Positions 38,169 through 48,844 of a DNA stretch of 64,000 nt are shown in pieces. The notes under the pieces are model-generated. The model made no database searches. It was not told the origin of the DNA and saw nothing but the letters and a program-made list of their open reading frames with translations. A program made the position numbers and the translations under genes. The stretch comes from a virus. Location: the IMG/VR virus record IMGVR_UViG_3300046092_000205, positions 1-64,000 of that record; one strand, written 5' to 3'. Position 1 is the first letter of the stretch. Each line of letters begins with the position of its first letter.

Positions 38169-38534
38169 ATGCCAACCTATACTAAAATACCACTATCTCA
38201 AAACGCTATTGGAGCGGGAATTATCGTAACATCTTCAGGAGTTCCAGGCACTTTCTTGCACGCTACACCAAGCAATAGTGTGGACCTTGATGAAATTTGG
38301 TTGTATGCTAACAATACAGGAATGTCGGATGCATTTCTTACTCTGTATTGGGGAACTACTGGAGCTTCTAACGTTCTTGGCCCTGTTACTGTTCAGGCTT
38401 ATGCTGGACCAACTCTTATATCTCCTGGGCTAGTGCTTGAGGGTAGTGGCTCAACAGCTAGTGTTGTTTATGGCACAAGCTCAGTTCCTAGTGGAATCAG
38501 TGTGTATGGTTACGTTAATAGAATCACAGCTTAA
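38169..38534 (+). CDS. Small structural/fibre-associated protein
   Basis: DEIWLYANN...ISVYGYVNRI beta-rich. Confidence 0.55.
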   Translation: MPTYTKIPLSQNAIGAGIIVTSSGVPGTFLHATPSNSVDLDEIWLYANNTGMSDAFLTLYWGTTGASNVLGPVTVQAYAGPTLISPGLVLEGSGSTASVVYGTSSVPSGISVYGYVNRITA

Positions 38535-38536
38535 TT

Positions 38537-41062
38537 ATGAGTGCTCGTTACGGTCAAAAAGTTGGTCCATTTTCAACTAAAAAGGTTGCTTCTTCTTTTG
38601 TTTCTAACAATAGAAATGATCTACCATATACAGGAACTGCTGCACCATTTAGACCCGCACCACCAACTCCTTATGTAAGACCAGCAGATTATCTAGCAAT
38701 GCCAACAATTGCTAACACTGAACAAAAAGTAGCATTGTTGGTTTTTATTAGTAATGATAATTCTAATTTTTTATCATTGATTGTCGCGGGAAATTATACA
38801 GTTGATTGGGGTGACGGTGTGGTTGAAAATATAAATACTGGTGTTCAAGCAAACCATATTTACGATTTTGCAACTTATGATCCAACCAATTCAACACTAA
38901 CGACAGATGGATTCAAACAAGCTATTGTTATTATTACACCCCAAGCTGGTAGCAACTTAACTGGTTTAAATCTTGTGGTAAGGCATCCATCCACCACAGG
39001 ATTTAATGCTTATGCCCAACCTATTATAGAAGCATATGTTTCTTGTCCCAACGCAACAAGTTTGGCGTTTTCGTTTTCAGCAACTTCTGTTTTTTGTAGA
39101 AAAACAAGTTATATAAATTTAATTAATACTGGATCAATAACATTATTCAGTAATTTATTTAACCTGATGTCGGGTTTACAAAAAGTCGATATAGGCAAAA
39201 CCGCTGCAATTACTAATACACAAGCCATGTTTCAGTATTGTTATTCGTTAAAAGAAATTACGGTTTCAAATGATACAAATTTTTCCAGTATTACAAATAC
39301 ATCATCTATGTTTAGTACTTGCTACTCTTTAATAAATGTTCCTTTGTTTAATACTGGAAGTGTAGGAAACATGAATTTCATGTTTCAGGATTGTAGGTCA
39401 TTGATTTCAGTACCCTTGTTTGATACTAGAAGTGCAACAACAATGACAAACATGTTTCGTGAGTGCAGGTCATTGATTTCAGTACCCTTGTTTAATACCG
39501 TGAATGTATTAACCATATCAGACATGTTTGTGAACTGTTTTGGTTTAACAGCAGTCCCTTTGTTTGATACTAGAAGCGTAACAACAATGGCAAACATGTT
39601 CTCTAGCTGTACAAGTTTATCATCAGTTCCTTTATTAAATACCATAAATGTAACGACCATGAATGGTATGTTTTATGAGTGCAGGTCATTGACTACAGTG
39701 CCATTGTTTGATACTACAAAAGTAACAATCATGAGCAATATGTTTATAAACTGTTCTGCTTTAAGAACAGTACCTTTATTTAATACTGCAAATGTTACAG
39801 CTATGGACTCTATGTTTAACGGGTGCATTAGTTTAACAACTGTTCCTTTATTTAACACAATCAAAGTTACAACTATGGCTAGTATGTTTTTAAGTTGTGT
39901 CAGTTTAGTAAATGTACCCTTATTCAATACACCAGCTTTAACAAATATTAGTGGTATATTTGCTAACTGCGCTATGTTAAAAACTATACCTTTATTAAAT
40001 ACAGAGAATGTGACAAACACAAGTAGTATGGTTAATGGTTGTGTATCTTTAACGTCTATACCTTTGTTTAATACAACAAAGGTAACAAATATGAATTCTA
40101 TGTTTCAGAATTGTTATTCTTTAAAGTCTGTACCTTTATTTGATACAGCGAATGTACTAAGTATGCGCAATATGTTTACTGCTTGTTATTCTTTAATGTC
40201 TGTACCTTTATTTAATACGGTAAAAGTTACAGATATGTATCAGATGTTTGCTAGTTGTGTATCTTTAACATTTTTACCTTCGCTCAACACTTCTCTTGTA
40301 ACACTTATGGAAAGTATGGTTAACAATTGCCCATCTTTAACGGCTATTCCCAGCTTTAATGTTACCAATGTATCTATTTTTAATGCCTTCACTGGCAATG
40401 CTTGTTACTCTGTTGCATCTTTATTAATGACTAATGTAAAATATACATTAGATATTAATAACTGTAAATTGTCAAAACAAGCCTTAGAAACTTTTTTTAC
40501 AAACTTAGGAACGGCAACTGCTGGTGCAACTAGAACATTAACATTAACAAACAACTGGGGAGCGCCTACGCCAGTATCGTTGAATGGTACTACAACCGAA
40601 GGGTCTGTGACGATAGCGATGGCAAGCACAACTGGATTATCTACTGGTATGCAAGTTACTGGAACCAACACCCCTTTAACAACAGGTGAAACTGTAACAT
40701 TTACAGATACAGGTGATTTGGTAAGTACTGTTGTGGCGCATGGCTTGAGTAATGGAGATGAAGTGTCTTTTTCAGCTATCACTACAACAACAGGTATTGT
40801 AATTAATACAATTTATTTTGTGGTTAATGCTGATACTAATACTTTTCAGGTTGCAGCCTCCGTTGGTGGTGCAGCATTGCCATTAACAACTAACGGATCT
40901 GGAACAGTTAAATACAATTCAACAATTGTGAGTATTAATCCAAATGTCAGTGTTACAATGTCTAGACCAATGGTGGGTAATAGTGGAACTCCAATATCAC
41001 TCTCTTTTCGTTTGCTTCAAACATACAGAGCAGTACTCAAAGGTTTCGCAATTACAGGATAA
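38537..41062 (+). CDS. BspA/DUF285-type LRR protein (putative adhesin)
   Basis: YTVDWGDG; about 16 repeats of 24 aa TxMxxMFxxCxSLxxVPLFNT; C-terminal HGLSNGD domain. Confidence 0.85.
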   Translation: MSARYGQKVGPFSTKKVASSFVSNNRNDLPYTGTAAPFRPAPPTPYVRPADYLAMPTIANTEQKVALLVFISNDNSNFLSLIVAGNYTVDWGDGVVENINTGVQANHIYDFATYDPTNSTLTTDGFKQAIVIITPQAGSNLTGLNLVVRHPSTTGFNAYAQPIIEAYVSCPNATSLAFSFSATSVFCRKTSYINLINTGSITLFSNLFNLMSGLQKVDIGKTAAITNTQAMFQYCYSLKEITVSNDTNFSSITNTSSMFSTCYSLINVPLFNTGSVGNMNFMFQDCRSLISVPLFDTRSATTMTNMFRECRSLISVPLFNTVNVLTISDMFVNCFGLTAVPLFDTRSVTTMANMFSSCTSLSSVPLLNTINVTTMNGMFYECRSLTTVPLFDTTKVTIMSNMFINCSALRTVPLFNTANVTAMDSMFNGCISLTTVPLFNTIKVTTMASMFLSCVSLVNVPLFNTPALTNISGIFANCAMLKTIPLLNTENVTNTSSMVNGCVSLTSIPLFNTTKVTNMNSMFQNCYSLKSVPLFDTANVLSMRNMFTACYSLMSVPLFNTVKVTDMYQMFASCVSLTFLPSLNTSLVTLMESMVNNCPSLTAIPSFNVTNVSIFNAFTGNACYSVASLLMTNVKYTLDINNCKLSKQALETFFTNLGTATAGATRTLTLTNNWGAPTPVSLNGTTTEGSVTIAMASTTGLSTGMQVTGTNTPLTTGETVTFTDTGDLVSTVVAHGLSNGDEVSFSAITTTTGIVINTIYFVVNADTNTFQVAASVGGAALPLTTNGSGTVKYNSTIVSINPNVSVTMSRPMVGNSGTPISLSFRLLQTYRAVLKGFAITG
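39210..40370 (+). repeat. 72-bp coding tandem repeats
   Basis: Recurrent ATGTTT...GTACC(C/T)TT(G/A)TTT(A/G)ATAC. Confidence 0.85.
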
Positions 41063-41067
41063 TTTAT

Positions 41068-41490
41068 ATGAACAACCAAGGATTTTATAAAAAAGAAGAC
41101 ACTCAAATTCTCTATGCCCCAAACATTGTAGAGGGTCCAAGCTATGTATTAGTAGCGGCAGATAAAGACTCCTACGATTATCCCGTAGACGGCTGGATAT
41201 GGTCTGAGTCAGAAGAAAGCGCAATCTCATACTTTGAAACCGCAATTCCTAACGCTCCATTATTTGATGTACAGCCAGAAAATTATAAACTCGCAGCGGG
41301 TAAAACTGACGAAGAAGAGTTTATGAAACTTGTTACCTTATCGACTCTTGCGTTGTCGCAAAATAGATTTGAGCCAACCACTGAACTAACAATTTGGGAT
41401 CACATTAAAACTCCGCGAACAATCTCTGTTGAGAGGTTTTTGGAAATCATGGTAGACTACGGAATGTATTGCTACGCTTTAAGAAACTAA
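41068..41490 (+). CDS. Hypothetical fibre-associated protein
   Basis: YDYPVDGWIW; follows fibre genes. Confidence 0.55.
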   Translation: MNNQGFYKKEDTQILYAPNIVEGPSYVLVAADKDSYDYPVDGWIWSESEESAISYFETAIPNAPLFDVQPENYKLAAGKTDEEEFMKLVTLSTLALSQNRFEPTTELTIWDHIKTPRTISVERFLEIMVDYGMYCYALRN

Positions 41491-41891
41491 TTAATCCAAT
41501 CTCTCTCTTCTATTGGGTAGAAACAATAGAGTTCTTCTCCTTGTTTTATATCTCGATCAGTGTAGTAAACATCTGCTGTTTCGTCATGCCATAAATTCGG
41601 CAATTCCGAATGGTTGACGTAATAGCTCATGTCTATTCTGTCTAAATGGCCGTCTATCCAAAAGCCAACCTCATTAGAGTGGCAAACATCTCTAACATGT
41701 TTCTTAACTGAGAAATCGCAGTCTTCTATTTCTTTCCACTCAATAAAATGAGAGAATCCTTTGGGGCCAAATATAGGGTATCCTTCGGGGATACTTGTTA
41801 GGGCAAAAACCCCTACTCCAGCATTAGGTATTTTTGATGGCGCTAGTTTGCACTGTGGCAAGTTGAGGCTCTGGATGATGGATTGGCGCAT
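41487..41891 (-). CDS. SET-domain protein
   Basis: SKIPNAGVGVFA, YVNHSELPN, RDIKQGEELYCFY. Confidence 0.9.
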   Translation of the reverse strand: MRQSIIQSLNLPQCKLAPSKIPNAGVGVFALTSIPEGYPIFGPKGFSHFIEWKEIEDCDFSVKKHVRDVCHSNEVGFWIDGHLDRIDMSYYVNHSELPNLWHDETADVYYTDRDIKQGEELYCFYPIEERDWIN

Positions 41892-42507
41892 CTGAAAATT
41901 CTGTAAAATAACTATAATCAGTGAACTTATTTCTTTTGTTCTCTACAGAATATACATTTAAATCAATTTTATATCCTGGATTTTTTTCAATAGGTTCGTA
42001 AACCCAAGCATCATCATGCCAAATGATTCTATTGTTTGGATAGGCATAGAAATTGCCATTATCCATTTTAAAGAAATGAGCGCATTTATGTTCTGGGGTT
42101 TCGCTGAAATTAGTATCTAGCATTGCTTTGTTCTCCCATGACCAATCCATGGTAAACATGTATTCGCCACACTCTTTAGTGTTAGATGGTGTGACTAGCT
42201 TTGCTCTCAATCCTTTGAGTCTCTGGCGCACTTGAACGTCAACGTAGGGACTAAAGCAGTCCCAATACATTGCGTGCTGTAAAGGCACTGGATCACAAGG
42301 CTTCCAACAGAACGCAGTGATTGGGCGACGAGTCCAATTCACTCCATTGTTAAGGTATGATTCAAATAATGGAACTCTCTTTTCTATTGACGCTACAGAA
42401 TGAACATCGGTTGGAGTGTATTCACCATGACCTTTTTCATGGTTAAATAAATATTCGTTTCGGATTAAGCAAGTAATTGTTGGAATATTATGATTAAGGT
42501 AAGCCAT
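41824..42507 (-). CDS. Conserved phage hypothetical protein
   Basis: MAYLNHNIP...WDCFS...EHKCAH...GNFYAYPNNRI. Confidence 0.65.
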   Translation of the reverse strand: MAYLNHNIPTITCLIRNEYLFNHEKGHGEYTPTDVHSVASIEKRVPLFESYLNNGVNWTRRPITAFCWKPCDPVPLQHAMYWDCFSPYVDVQVRQRLKGLRAKLVTPSNTKECGEYMFTMDWSWENKAMLDTNFSETPEHKCAHFFKMDNGNFYAYPNNRIIWHDDAWVYEPIEKNPGYKIDLNVYSVENKRNKFTDYSYFTEFSDAPIHHPEPQLATVQTSAIKNT

Positions 42508-42521
42508 AAATCGCTTCGAAA

Positions 42522-43934
42522 TTAAACTCCTATTGGGAACCAAACGCCAGAGCGCGGCGTTCCATTTGTAGTTCCTACGTTAACTAAGAGAACCGCGCGT
42601 CCATAAACTGGAAAACTAGTAGTTCCAGTAGGCAAACCATTATTGCCACCAACAGCAGTCGAACCAGTCAAGAATAGGCCCATTTCTCCAATTATCCCAG
42701 TGTATGGTGTAATCCAATTTCCAGTGGCGGAACCTGCTGTTGCGGCTGGAACTGCTTGTGATGCCCAAAAATCCGCTAAGGTATCATAGACGGTATTAAC
42801 GGTAGAAGATCCAAGTCCAGCGGCAATAATTTTTGGGCGAATAAAGCCGTCGAATTTGACGTATTGGCCAGTGCCATTTCTAATCGTTAAATCCCCAGAG
42901 TGAGTGGTATTTCCAGTAATGAAGTTATTCCCAAGCAGAGAATTATTTCCAGTCAAAACAGTTGTTCCAGTGACAACAACGCCGCTAAAATAACCAGTTT
43001 TAGCAGTTAAAATACCGTTAATGGTTTCGTTGCCAGTCACGAACAAATTATTAGAAACACGAAGACTACCAGTTAAATTATAGTCTCCAGTTTGATCAAC
43101 ATTTTGATTAATCTTTAATCTATCGCTCTCACTAGCTCCAGTAGTGAAAAACGTAGAAGAGCGAATCGTAGTCGTTCCATTTGCCACGGTTAAGTCGCCA
43201 GTAAGAGCCGTATTACCATTGACAAATAAATTACCAGTTAATGAAAACGGCCCACCCTGATAAAAATTACCAGTATGAGAAAATACGCCACTTAAATTAG
43301 CAAAACCAGTATGAGAGAGTGTGCCGCCAGTAATGGAAACATTAGAATGAAAAACTGCTGATCCGCTAGTTGCTAAATTTCCACTAATTGAAGCATTATT
43401 TCCAAAAACTACTGCATTTACAAATGTTGCAGTATTTCTAAATAGATTTGTGCCCCCGAAAGTGTTATTGCCAGATGATACGATATTGCCAGAAATATTT
43501 GCGTTGCCGCTTAAAAAAGTTAACCCAGTAACTGTTAAATCTTTGATAGACGCCGCTCCAGTTACAGTAATTGAAGTAAGCGCAGTTGCCGCGACATTAA
43601 AATTTGCATTAAGAGTTCCATTGACGGTTACATCTCCGCCGAAAACAGCATTTGTCCCAGTAAATCCCGTAGCATAAATCGTTCCAAAACGATTGGACAC
43701 TGCACCTAAATCTACTAGTCCATCGTTATGGGGGGAAAATCTTCCAGAAACGTTTCCAGATGCGTCTAAACCATTTCGCGCAACTAAATTACCACTAAAG
43801 GTTTTTACTCCATTAATTGTTTGGTTTCCTGATTGATAAACAACGCCAGAACCATTGGGGAAAAGACCTGAATGAGCGGCGCTAACTGCTTGGTCAATTC
43901 TTTGCGATGTATTAAGTAGTGAAAAAACAGCCAT
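42522..43934 (-). CDS. Beta-solenoid tail fibre/spike-like protein
   Basis: About 6-residue G-rich repeats (VxGxL), DLGAVSNRF, GNQTINGVKTF. Confidence 0.6.
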   Translation of the reverse strand: MAVFSLLNTSQRIDQAVSAAHSGLFPNGSGVVYQSGNQTINGVKTFSGNLVARNGLDASGNVSGRFSPHNDGLVDLGAVSNRFGTIYATGFTGTNAVFGGDVTVNGTLNANFNVAATALTSITVTGAASIKDLTVTGLTFLSGNANISGNIVSSGNNTFGGTNLFRNTATFVNAVVFGNNASISGNLATSGSAVFHSNVSITGGTLSHTGFANLSGVFSHTGNFYQGGPFSLTGNLFVNGNTALTGDLTVANGTTTIRSSTFFTTGASESDRLKINQNVDQTGDYNLTGSLRVSNNLFVTGNETINGILTAKTGYFSGVVVTGTTVLTGNNSLLGNNFITGNTTHSGDLTIRNGTGQYVKFDGFIRPKIIAAGLGSSTVNTVYDTLADFWASQAVPAATAGSATGNWITPYTGIIGEMGLFLTGSTAVGGNNGLPTGTTSFPVYGRAVLLVNVGTTNGTPRSGVWFPIGV

Positions 43935-43939
43935 ATTCC

Positions 43940-44149
43940 TTAGACTGTTTTACACTCAACCGTTAAAATGTTCGCATCGCCCGAATAAAAATAATAATTA
44001 GGATATTCGTCTTGAGACGAAAGACATAAGTCAGAATCAACATATCCTCCGCCCTCGAATAAAAGAAAATAATTCTCTCCGTCTTCGGATTTTAAAACGG
44101 GACCGCTCGAATTAATTGTTATGGAATTATTTGAAAATATAGCAGTCAT
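43940..44149 (-). CDS. Hypothetical protein
   Basis: 69-aa ORF coupled to upstream gene. Confidence 0.5.
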   Translation of the reverse strand: MTAIFSNNSITINSSGPVLKSEDGENYFLLFEGGGYVDSDLCLSSQDEYPNYYFYSGDANILTVECKTV

Positions 44150-45768
44150 GGGATATATACAGAAATTCCGTTTCCAGCGATAAAATTAACATTACTCCAA
44201 GCAGTTACTCTATAAGAATAATAAGACTCATTACCGCGAGAAGGACTATTATCAGAATAATTTGTTGAAGTTGTTGTGGCTCCAATAATATCGCTATAAG
44301 TAAAGCCCCCATCTTCTGAAATTTGCACCTGATAATAATCTGTAAAATTAGATGCATTCCATGTTAAATTCACACTAGAGCCATTATCCACAGCAGTAAT
44401 CATATGAGGCGATGGACTAGGCTCGTTGCACCAATTGTCTGAAAGCATCAAACATCCATTTTCATCCACCAAGTAATTAAAGGAATTCCCATCTCCAGAA
44501 ATATACAAATAAGGATCAATAGTTAAAACATCTCCAGAGCTATCAATTAATTTGCTAGAATCAGAAGAGTATAAATAATATGGCTCTGCGCCATCAGACA
44601 GAACTCCAAATTTTTGCATTAATCCACCACCCTCATGGCATTGGAAACCAAATGAAATGTCCGCAGAAACAAGGTCATTAATTGCAGATGTCTGAGAGTA
44701 AGAGTTGAGCTTGGCATTTTCAATTTTAATAGAGCGACTCTCGGTGAAGAATCCAGTGGAGCCAGAAACTCCAGTTAATAAAAAACCAGATAATTCGGCA
44801 AAACTTTTACCCGATAAAAATAAATCTTGCGGGTCGAGAAAATTTAATTGAGCGCTGTATTTTTGCTCCCCGCCCATAATCCCAGAAAAGAAACCAGATG
44901 AAAAATTAGAAACAACAGTTGAAACGCTCAATTGACCCTGAACTGGATATTTAATTTTTCTCCCGCGAGGAAAATTACTTCCAAATCCATAGACAGTTTC
45001 CCTTTGAATCGAGAGTCCAAAATCTAGCGATTGAATCTTAGCGTCTGATAGCGGACTTAAAACAGCAGATGGGATTTCTAAATTATTTAAAATAGCCGCA
45101 AATTTTATTTCAGTTGTTGGCAGAATAGGCATTTGACCTATTGTAATCTCATCAAGAGCTACAGCGATTTGAGGCCAATCCAAAGACAAATAGTAAGAAT
45201 TTTGTTCGCCACTTTCTAAATGGATTGCTGGAACTTTTACGCGGTTCGAAGAAATAACACTAGCTTCTATATTAGATCCAACGAAAGAAGCGGAAGATCG
45301 CGCTAAGTCTCCGACTTTTATTGAAAAACCATACTGATTAATAAAACAGTTTCCAATGGCCAAACATTCAATACCATTAAGAGACTGTTGATCTTGTATT
45401 TGTTTAATAAAATCATGTGATTGTTTGTCGGAGATGAAAAGATAAACATTGAACGAGGATTCACTCCTGTCTTTAAATACAGAAGAATATTCACTATTAA
45501 ATCCAAAATTTAGACCAAGAGCATTTTCATTATCGAATTTTCTTGTGGGTAAAAAAGATAAATCAAAAGAAATATCGGGAGCCAAAGAAGGATCATCCAC
45601 GGCTAGCTTTTGAGAGCCAATTTGAGCAGCGGAGTTTCTAGCGACTTCCACCGAAAAACCAAATGAGTCATTCAAACCAATAAACGATAATCCGCGACGA
45701 TCATTTGATTGGTAATCCAAAAAATCAACCGCCACTAAAATAGAGTTACTTTTAATCCAATGCTTCAT
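44146..45768 (-). CDS. Tail-tube paralog with C-terminal FN3 domain
   Basis: IGNCFINQYGFSIKVGD and IQSLDFGLSIQRE align to 60613 gene; VNLTWNAS...YSYRVTA. Confidence 0.65.
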   Translation of the reverse strand: MKHWIKSNSILVAVDFLDYQSNDRRGLSFIGLNDSFGFSVEVARNSAAQIGSQKLAVDDPSLAPDISFDLSFLPTRKFDNENALGLNFGFNSEYSSVFKDRSESSFNVYLFISDKQSHDFIKQIQDQQSLNGIECLAIGNCFINQYGFSIKVGDLARSSASFVGSNIEASVISSNRVKVPAIHLESGEQNSYYLSLDWPQIAVALDEITIGQMPILPTTEIKFAAILNNLEIPSAVLSPLSDAKIQSLDFGLSIQRETVYGFGSNFPRGRKIKYPVQGQLSVSTVVSNFSSGFFSGIMGGEQKYSAQLNFLDPQDLFLSGKSFAELSGFLLTGVSGSTGFFTESRSIKIENAKLNSYSQTSAINDLVSADISFGFQCHEGGGLMQKFGVLSDGAEPYYLYSSDSSKLIDSSGDVLTIDPYLYISGDGNSFNYLVDENGCLMLSDNWCNEPSPSPHMITAVDNGSSVNLTWNASNFTDYYQVQISEDGGFTYSDIIGATTTSTNYSDNSPSRGNESYYSYRVTAWSNVNFIAGNGISVYIP

Positions 45769-48047
45769 AAAATTTCCAATCCATGCTTGGCTCCAAGGTC
45801 ACGCATCATTAGTGAGAAGTTCACATCTCCAGTCATCACAACAATTTCTGAAATATGCCCAATAAATGGCGCTGGAACTTGACTGTCGTGTCCAGTAGAT
45901 AAAACTCCATTTGATCCATAACGATTTATGCCAATAGATCCAGGAAAAACAATATTTGAATTCCCAACCTTTAGTCCAGTTGATGGGGTTTGAGTATTTA
46001 CAGCACCAGTTATAATTCCAGCAGCGCCCCCATAAATTCCTACTACATTATAAGAATTTCCAGATAATTCAGCAAAAAACGTGTTGCCGAGATTAGTCTT
46101 GCTGTATAAACGGTTGTTGGAAATCATCATTCCTCGATTCCAATAATCAGAAAAAACGCTCATAGTTCCATTCGACTGGGGTTTCACTACGGCAAAAATT
46201 GCGTATTGATTAGGGCAGTCAAGATAAGTGGATTGAGTCAAATAAGACTCGCCATTAAAATAAAGTGCTGGCCGAGCATTTAATTCCAACTCATCAAATC
46301 GAGGACGTAAAGAATCGGTGACAACCGATCTTGAAGCATTGTAATTACGAATGCTATCGCGCCATGTAAAAATACTTTCTCCATTTTTAGAATCTTTCAA
46401 AGTATCCTGTTGGAAATGGCAAATTGGATACCCATATCCAGATACATCTAAAGGAATTTTAACATTGTCGGCGTTAATGGTCCATCCGCGCCAACCTAAA
46501 GTATTAATATTATTAAAACTAAAGCTGCCAATTTTTTCATTATTCTGAAAATCTACAAACTCCCCGTCTTTAAGATCGAAAACGCCTGAGTGATTTTGAA
46601 AATTCACAAAAGCATCTAAACAATTATTGATTTGCGTCGAAGAAAATTTATTTCCGCTACAATATAATCCAGTCAGAGAGCTATTACTGTAAGTATCCAA
46701 TGTCGAAATTCTATTATTGGCTATTTTTAAACTTTTTAAATTAGTTAACCCAGCAATAGATAGCTCTGACAATGAATTACTAGTTAAATCTAAATGCTCC
46801 AATTTTCTAGAGTCACTCACTAGAGCTTGAGAAATTGTGTTGCTTGGAAGAGATAATGATTTAATTGAAGAACGATCACTCAAAGAAAATGATTCAATTC
46901 TTTGGTCCTTAATAAAAACACCAGTAGCAGCGCCATAAATACCAACAGTTTCTGGGCTATTTACCCAATGCTTATCAACAAGTCCGTCCACTTGAACGAA
47001 TTTTTCACCCCCATTATAGCTCAATAAGAAAAAATCATTTATAGAATCAACAGTAAATTTAATACTAGATTCATCGTTATGTTGGTTTATTAATATTGCT
47101 GGCGAATTATTTTTAAGTAATACCCCTAATGTATCTTCAATTAAATCCAACTCAATATTATTAGAGTTCTTATATACCCATGTATGACGCCATGATGGAC
47201 AAAAGAAAATTTTGTCACGGTTATAAATTTTTGGAGCGCGATAAATAAATTTCAATTCTCCAAATTTACTTTCCACAAAATGAAGTAGTGATTTCGTTTG
47301 AGTATCTGTTAATCCATTAAATTTTAAATTAAGATTTTCAATAGAGTGGATATTCTTTTTATCATATACTCTTTGATAAAATGAATTGGAGAATTCAATT
47401 CTCGACACATCTGGTTTTGTAGCAACGGAATACTCGAAAGCAGTGTCTAAAAATAAATTCTGAGTCCACATACTCCCAGTGGAAAATGGGGCGTTAGAAG
47501 GGCTAGAAACGTGATTTCCTGTACAGTAAAAGAAATTGTTAAATTTATTTTGATTGTCAGCTTCAAAATATCTAATCGCGTAATTATTTACAGACTCGCC
47601 AATCTTCCACTGCTCAATATCCTGATTAACAAAAGACAGTCCACTCCAATTTAATTGAGGAGAACGGTTGTCGATAACTATTCTCGCCGCTACTTCATTT
47701 TCGGTATTAGAACGTGCCGTCCATGAAAAATCATCCGCAAAGCCACTAATGGTTTGATAAATATTAGAAGCATCTTGCATCACAACTGGCAGAGTTCCGC
47801 TTCTTGATTCGAAATAATTTAAAATTTGCGCCGCCTCCTCATCTCTAACTTTAAAAGAGAGATTATATTCAGCTATCACAGAATTCAGTGATTGGCCCAT
47901 TCTTCTAAGTACACGATTAGGATATTTAACTTCGGAAGCTCGCGTAGAAAAAGAAACGGAAGATCCATATGTTGGAGATATTGTTAAACCAGTAAGCTCC
48001 GTAACACCAATAATGTTTCTGTCTCTATTGTAAAATAAATCACTCAT
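45765..48047 (-). CDS. Minor tail (distal-tail-like) protein with LRR and ConA/LamG-like domains
   Basis: Two gpM-like units, LEHLDLTSNSL LRRs, RPALYFNG...FIGHISEIVV. Confidence 0.6.
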   Translation of the reverse strand: MSDLFYNRDRNIIGVTELTGLTISPTYGSSVSFSTRASEVKYPNRVLRRMGQSLNSVIAEYNLSFKVRDEEAAQILNYFESRSGTLPVVMQDASNIYQTISGFADDFSWTARSNTENEVAARIVIDNRSPQLNWSGLSFVNQDIEQWKIGESVNNYAIRYFEADNQNKFNNFFYCTGNHVSSPSNAPFSTGSMWTQNLFLDTAFEYSVATKPDVSRIEFSNSFYQRVYDKKNIHSIENLNLKFNGLTDTQTKSLLHFVESKFGELKFIYRAPKIYNRDKIFFCPSWRHTWVYKNSNNIELDLIEDTLGVLLKNNSPAILINQHNDESSIKFTVDSINDFFLLSYNGGEKFVQVDGLVDKHWVNSPETVGIYGAATGVFIKDQRIESFSLSDRSSIKSLSLPSNTISQALVSDSRKLEHLDLTSNSLSELSIAGLTNLKSLKIANNRISTLDTYSNSSLTGLYCSGNKFSSTQINNCLDAFVNFQNHSGVFDLKDGEFVDFQNNEKIGSFSFNNINTLGWRGWTINADNVKIPLDVSGYGYPICHFQQDTLKDSKNGESIFTWRDSIRNYNASRSVVTDSLRPRFDELELNARPALYFNGESYLTQSTYLDCPNQYAIFAVVKPQSNGTMSVFSDYWNRGMMISNNRLYSKTNLGNTFFAELSGNSYNVVGIYGGAAGIITGAVNTQTPSTGLKVGNSNIVFPGSIGINRYGSNGVLSTGHDSQVPAPFIGHISEIVVMTGDVNFSLMMRDLGAKHGLEIL

Positions 48048-48844
48048 TTTAAAAATCCTCCAAAAGTTAGATTTTTTACAGGTTGACCATCGGCGGATGA
48101 TTGAATGGTTTCTCCCAGTAGTTGAGCGTTAGGAATAGAAAAATTTGCGACAGTATTAACCAAAGTACGATCCTTAATAATGATATTAACATTATCTGAC
48201 GCAAAATTCTCTGCATAAGAGTAAGAATTACGCATATTAGAATCTCCAATCTCCATATCAACTGAAGCAGAGATATTAAGTGGCGAAATAAAATTTACGG
48301 ACTCAGCTTTTATCCCGCCCTCCAAAGAATAAATAGGTTGCCGCGAAATATCAATAGAGTAATTTATAGACCTTACTCTATTCGATGCGAAATCCATGCC
48401 AGATACAGTAATACTCCTAGGGCTTGGAATAAATAAGCCATCATCAACTTCGCCAGTTAATACGGAAGCTCCGCTATTTAATCCACACCAAACAGAAACC
48501 CTAGCGGTTACTTGTGGGACATCTCCAACGCCGCAAGAAACAGAGTAACTGGTTAGATAGCCAGACTCAAAAGAGTAACTTTTGCCGCCGTAGGAAAAAT
48601 TTCCAGAAAAAGAAGAATCGCCCGTAAAATTCAATATAGGGTCACTATAAATTAATGACCGCGAAAACTCCACTACGCTTTCAATTGGGCCGTTCATAAA
48701 AAAACCAAATGATGAATCTCCTAATACGGGAGAATTCTCTAGTGGATTTGTATAACCCAAAGATAAGCTAGAAACTCCAGATAGTTTTTGCCCATTAATT
48801 GAAAAAACTTGTTCGGTGTTTAAAAATTGATTTGAGGCACTCAT
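48044..48844 (-). CDS. Tail-tube-like tail tip protein
   Basis: YLTSYSVSCGVGDVPQV, VRSINYSIDISRQPIY; directly after TMP. Confidence 0.55.
   Translation of the reverse strand: MSASNQFLNTEQVFSINGQKLSGVSSLSLGYTNPLENSPVLGDSSFGFFMNGPIESVVEFSRSLIYSDPILNFTGDSSFSGNFSYGGKSYSFESGYLTSYSVSCGVGDVPQVTARVSVWCGLNSGASVLTGEVDDGLFIPSPRSITVSGMDFASNRVRSINYSIDISRQPIYSLEGGIKAESVNFISPLNISASVDMEIGDSNMRNSYSYAENFASDNVNIIIKDRTLVNTVANFSIPNAQLLGETIQSSADGQPVKNLTFGGFLK

Noticed and set aside
39210-40370. 72-bp periodic repeats as a CRISPR array
   Set aside because: In-frame coding repeats, degenerate at third positions, with no constant repeat and unique spacers
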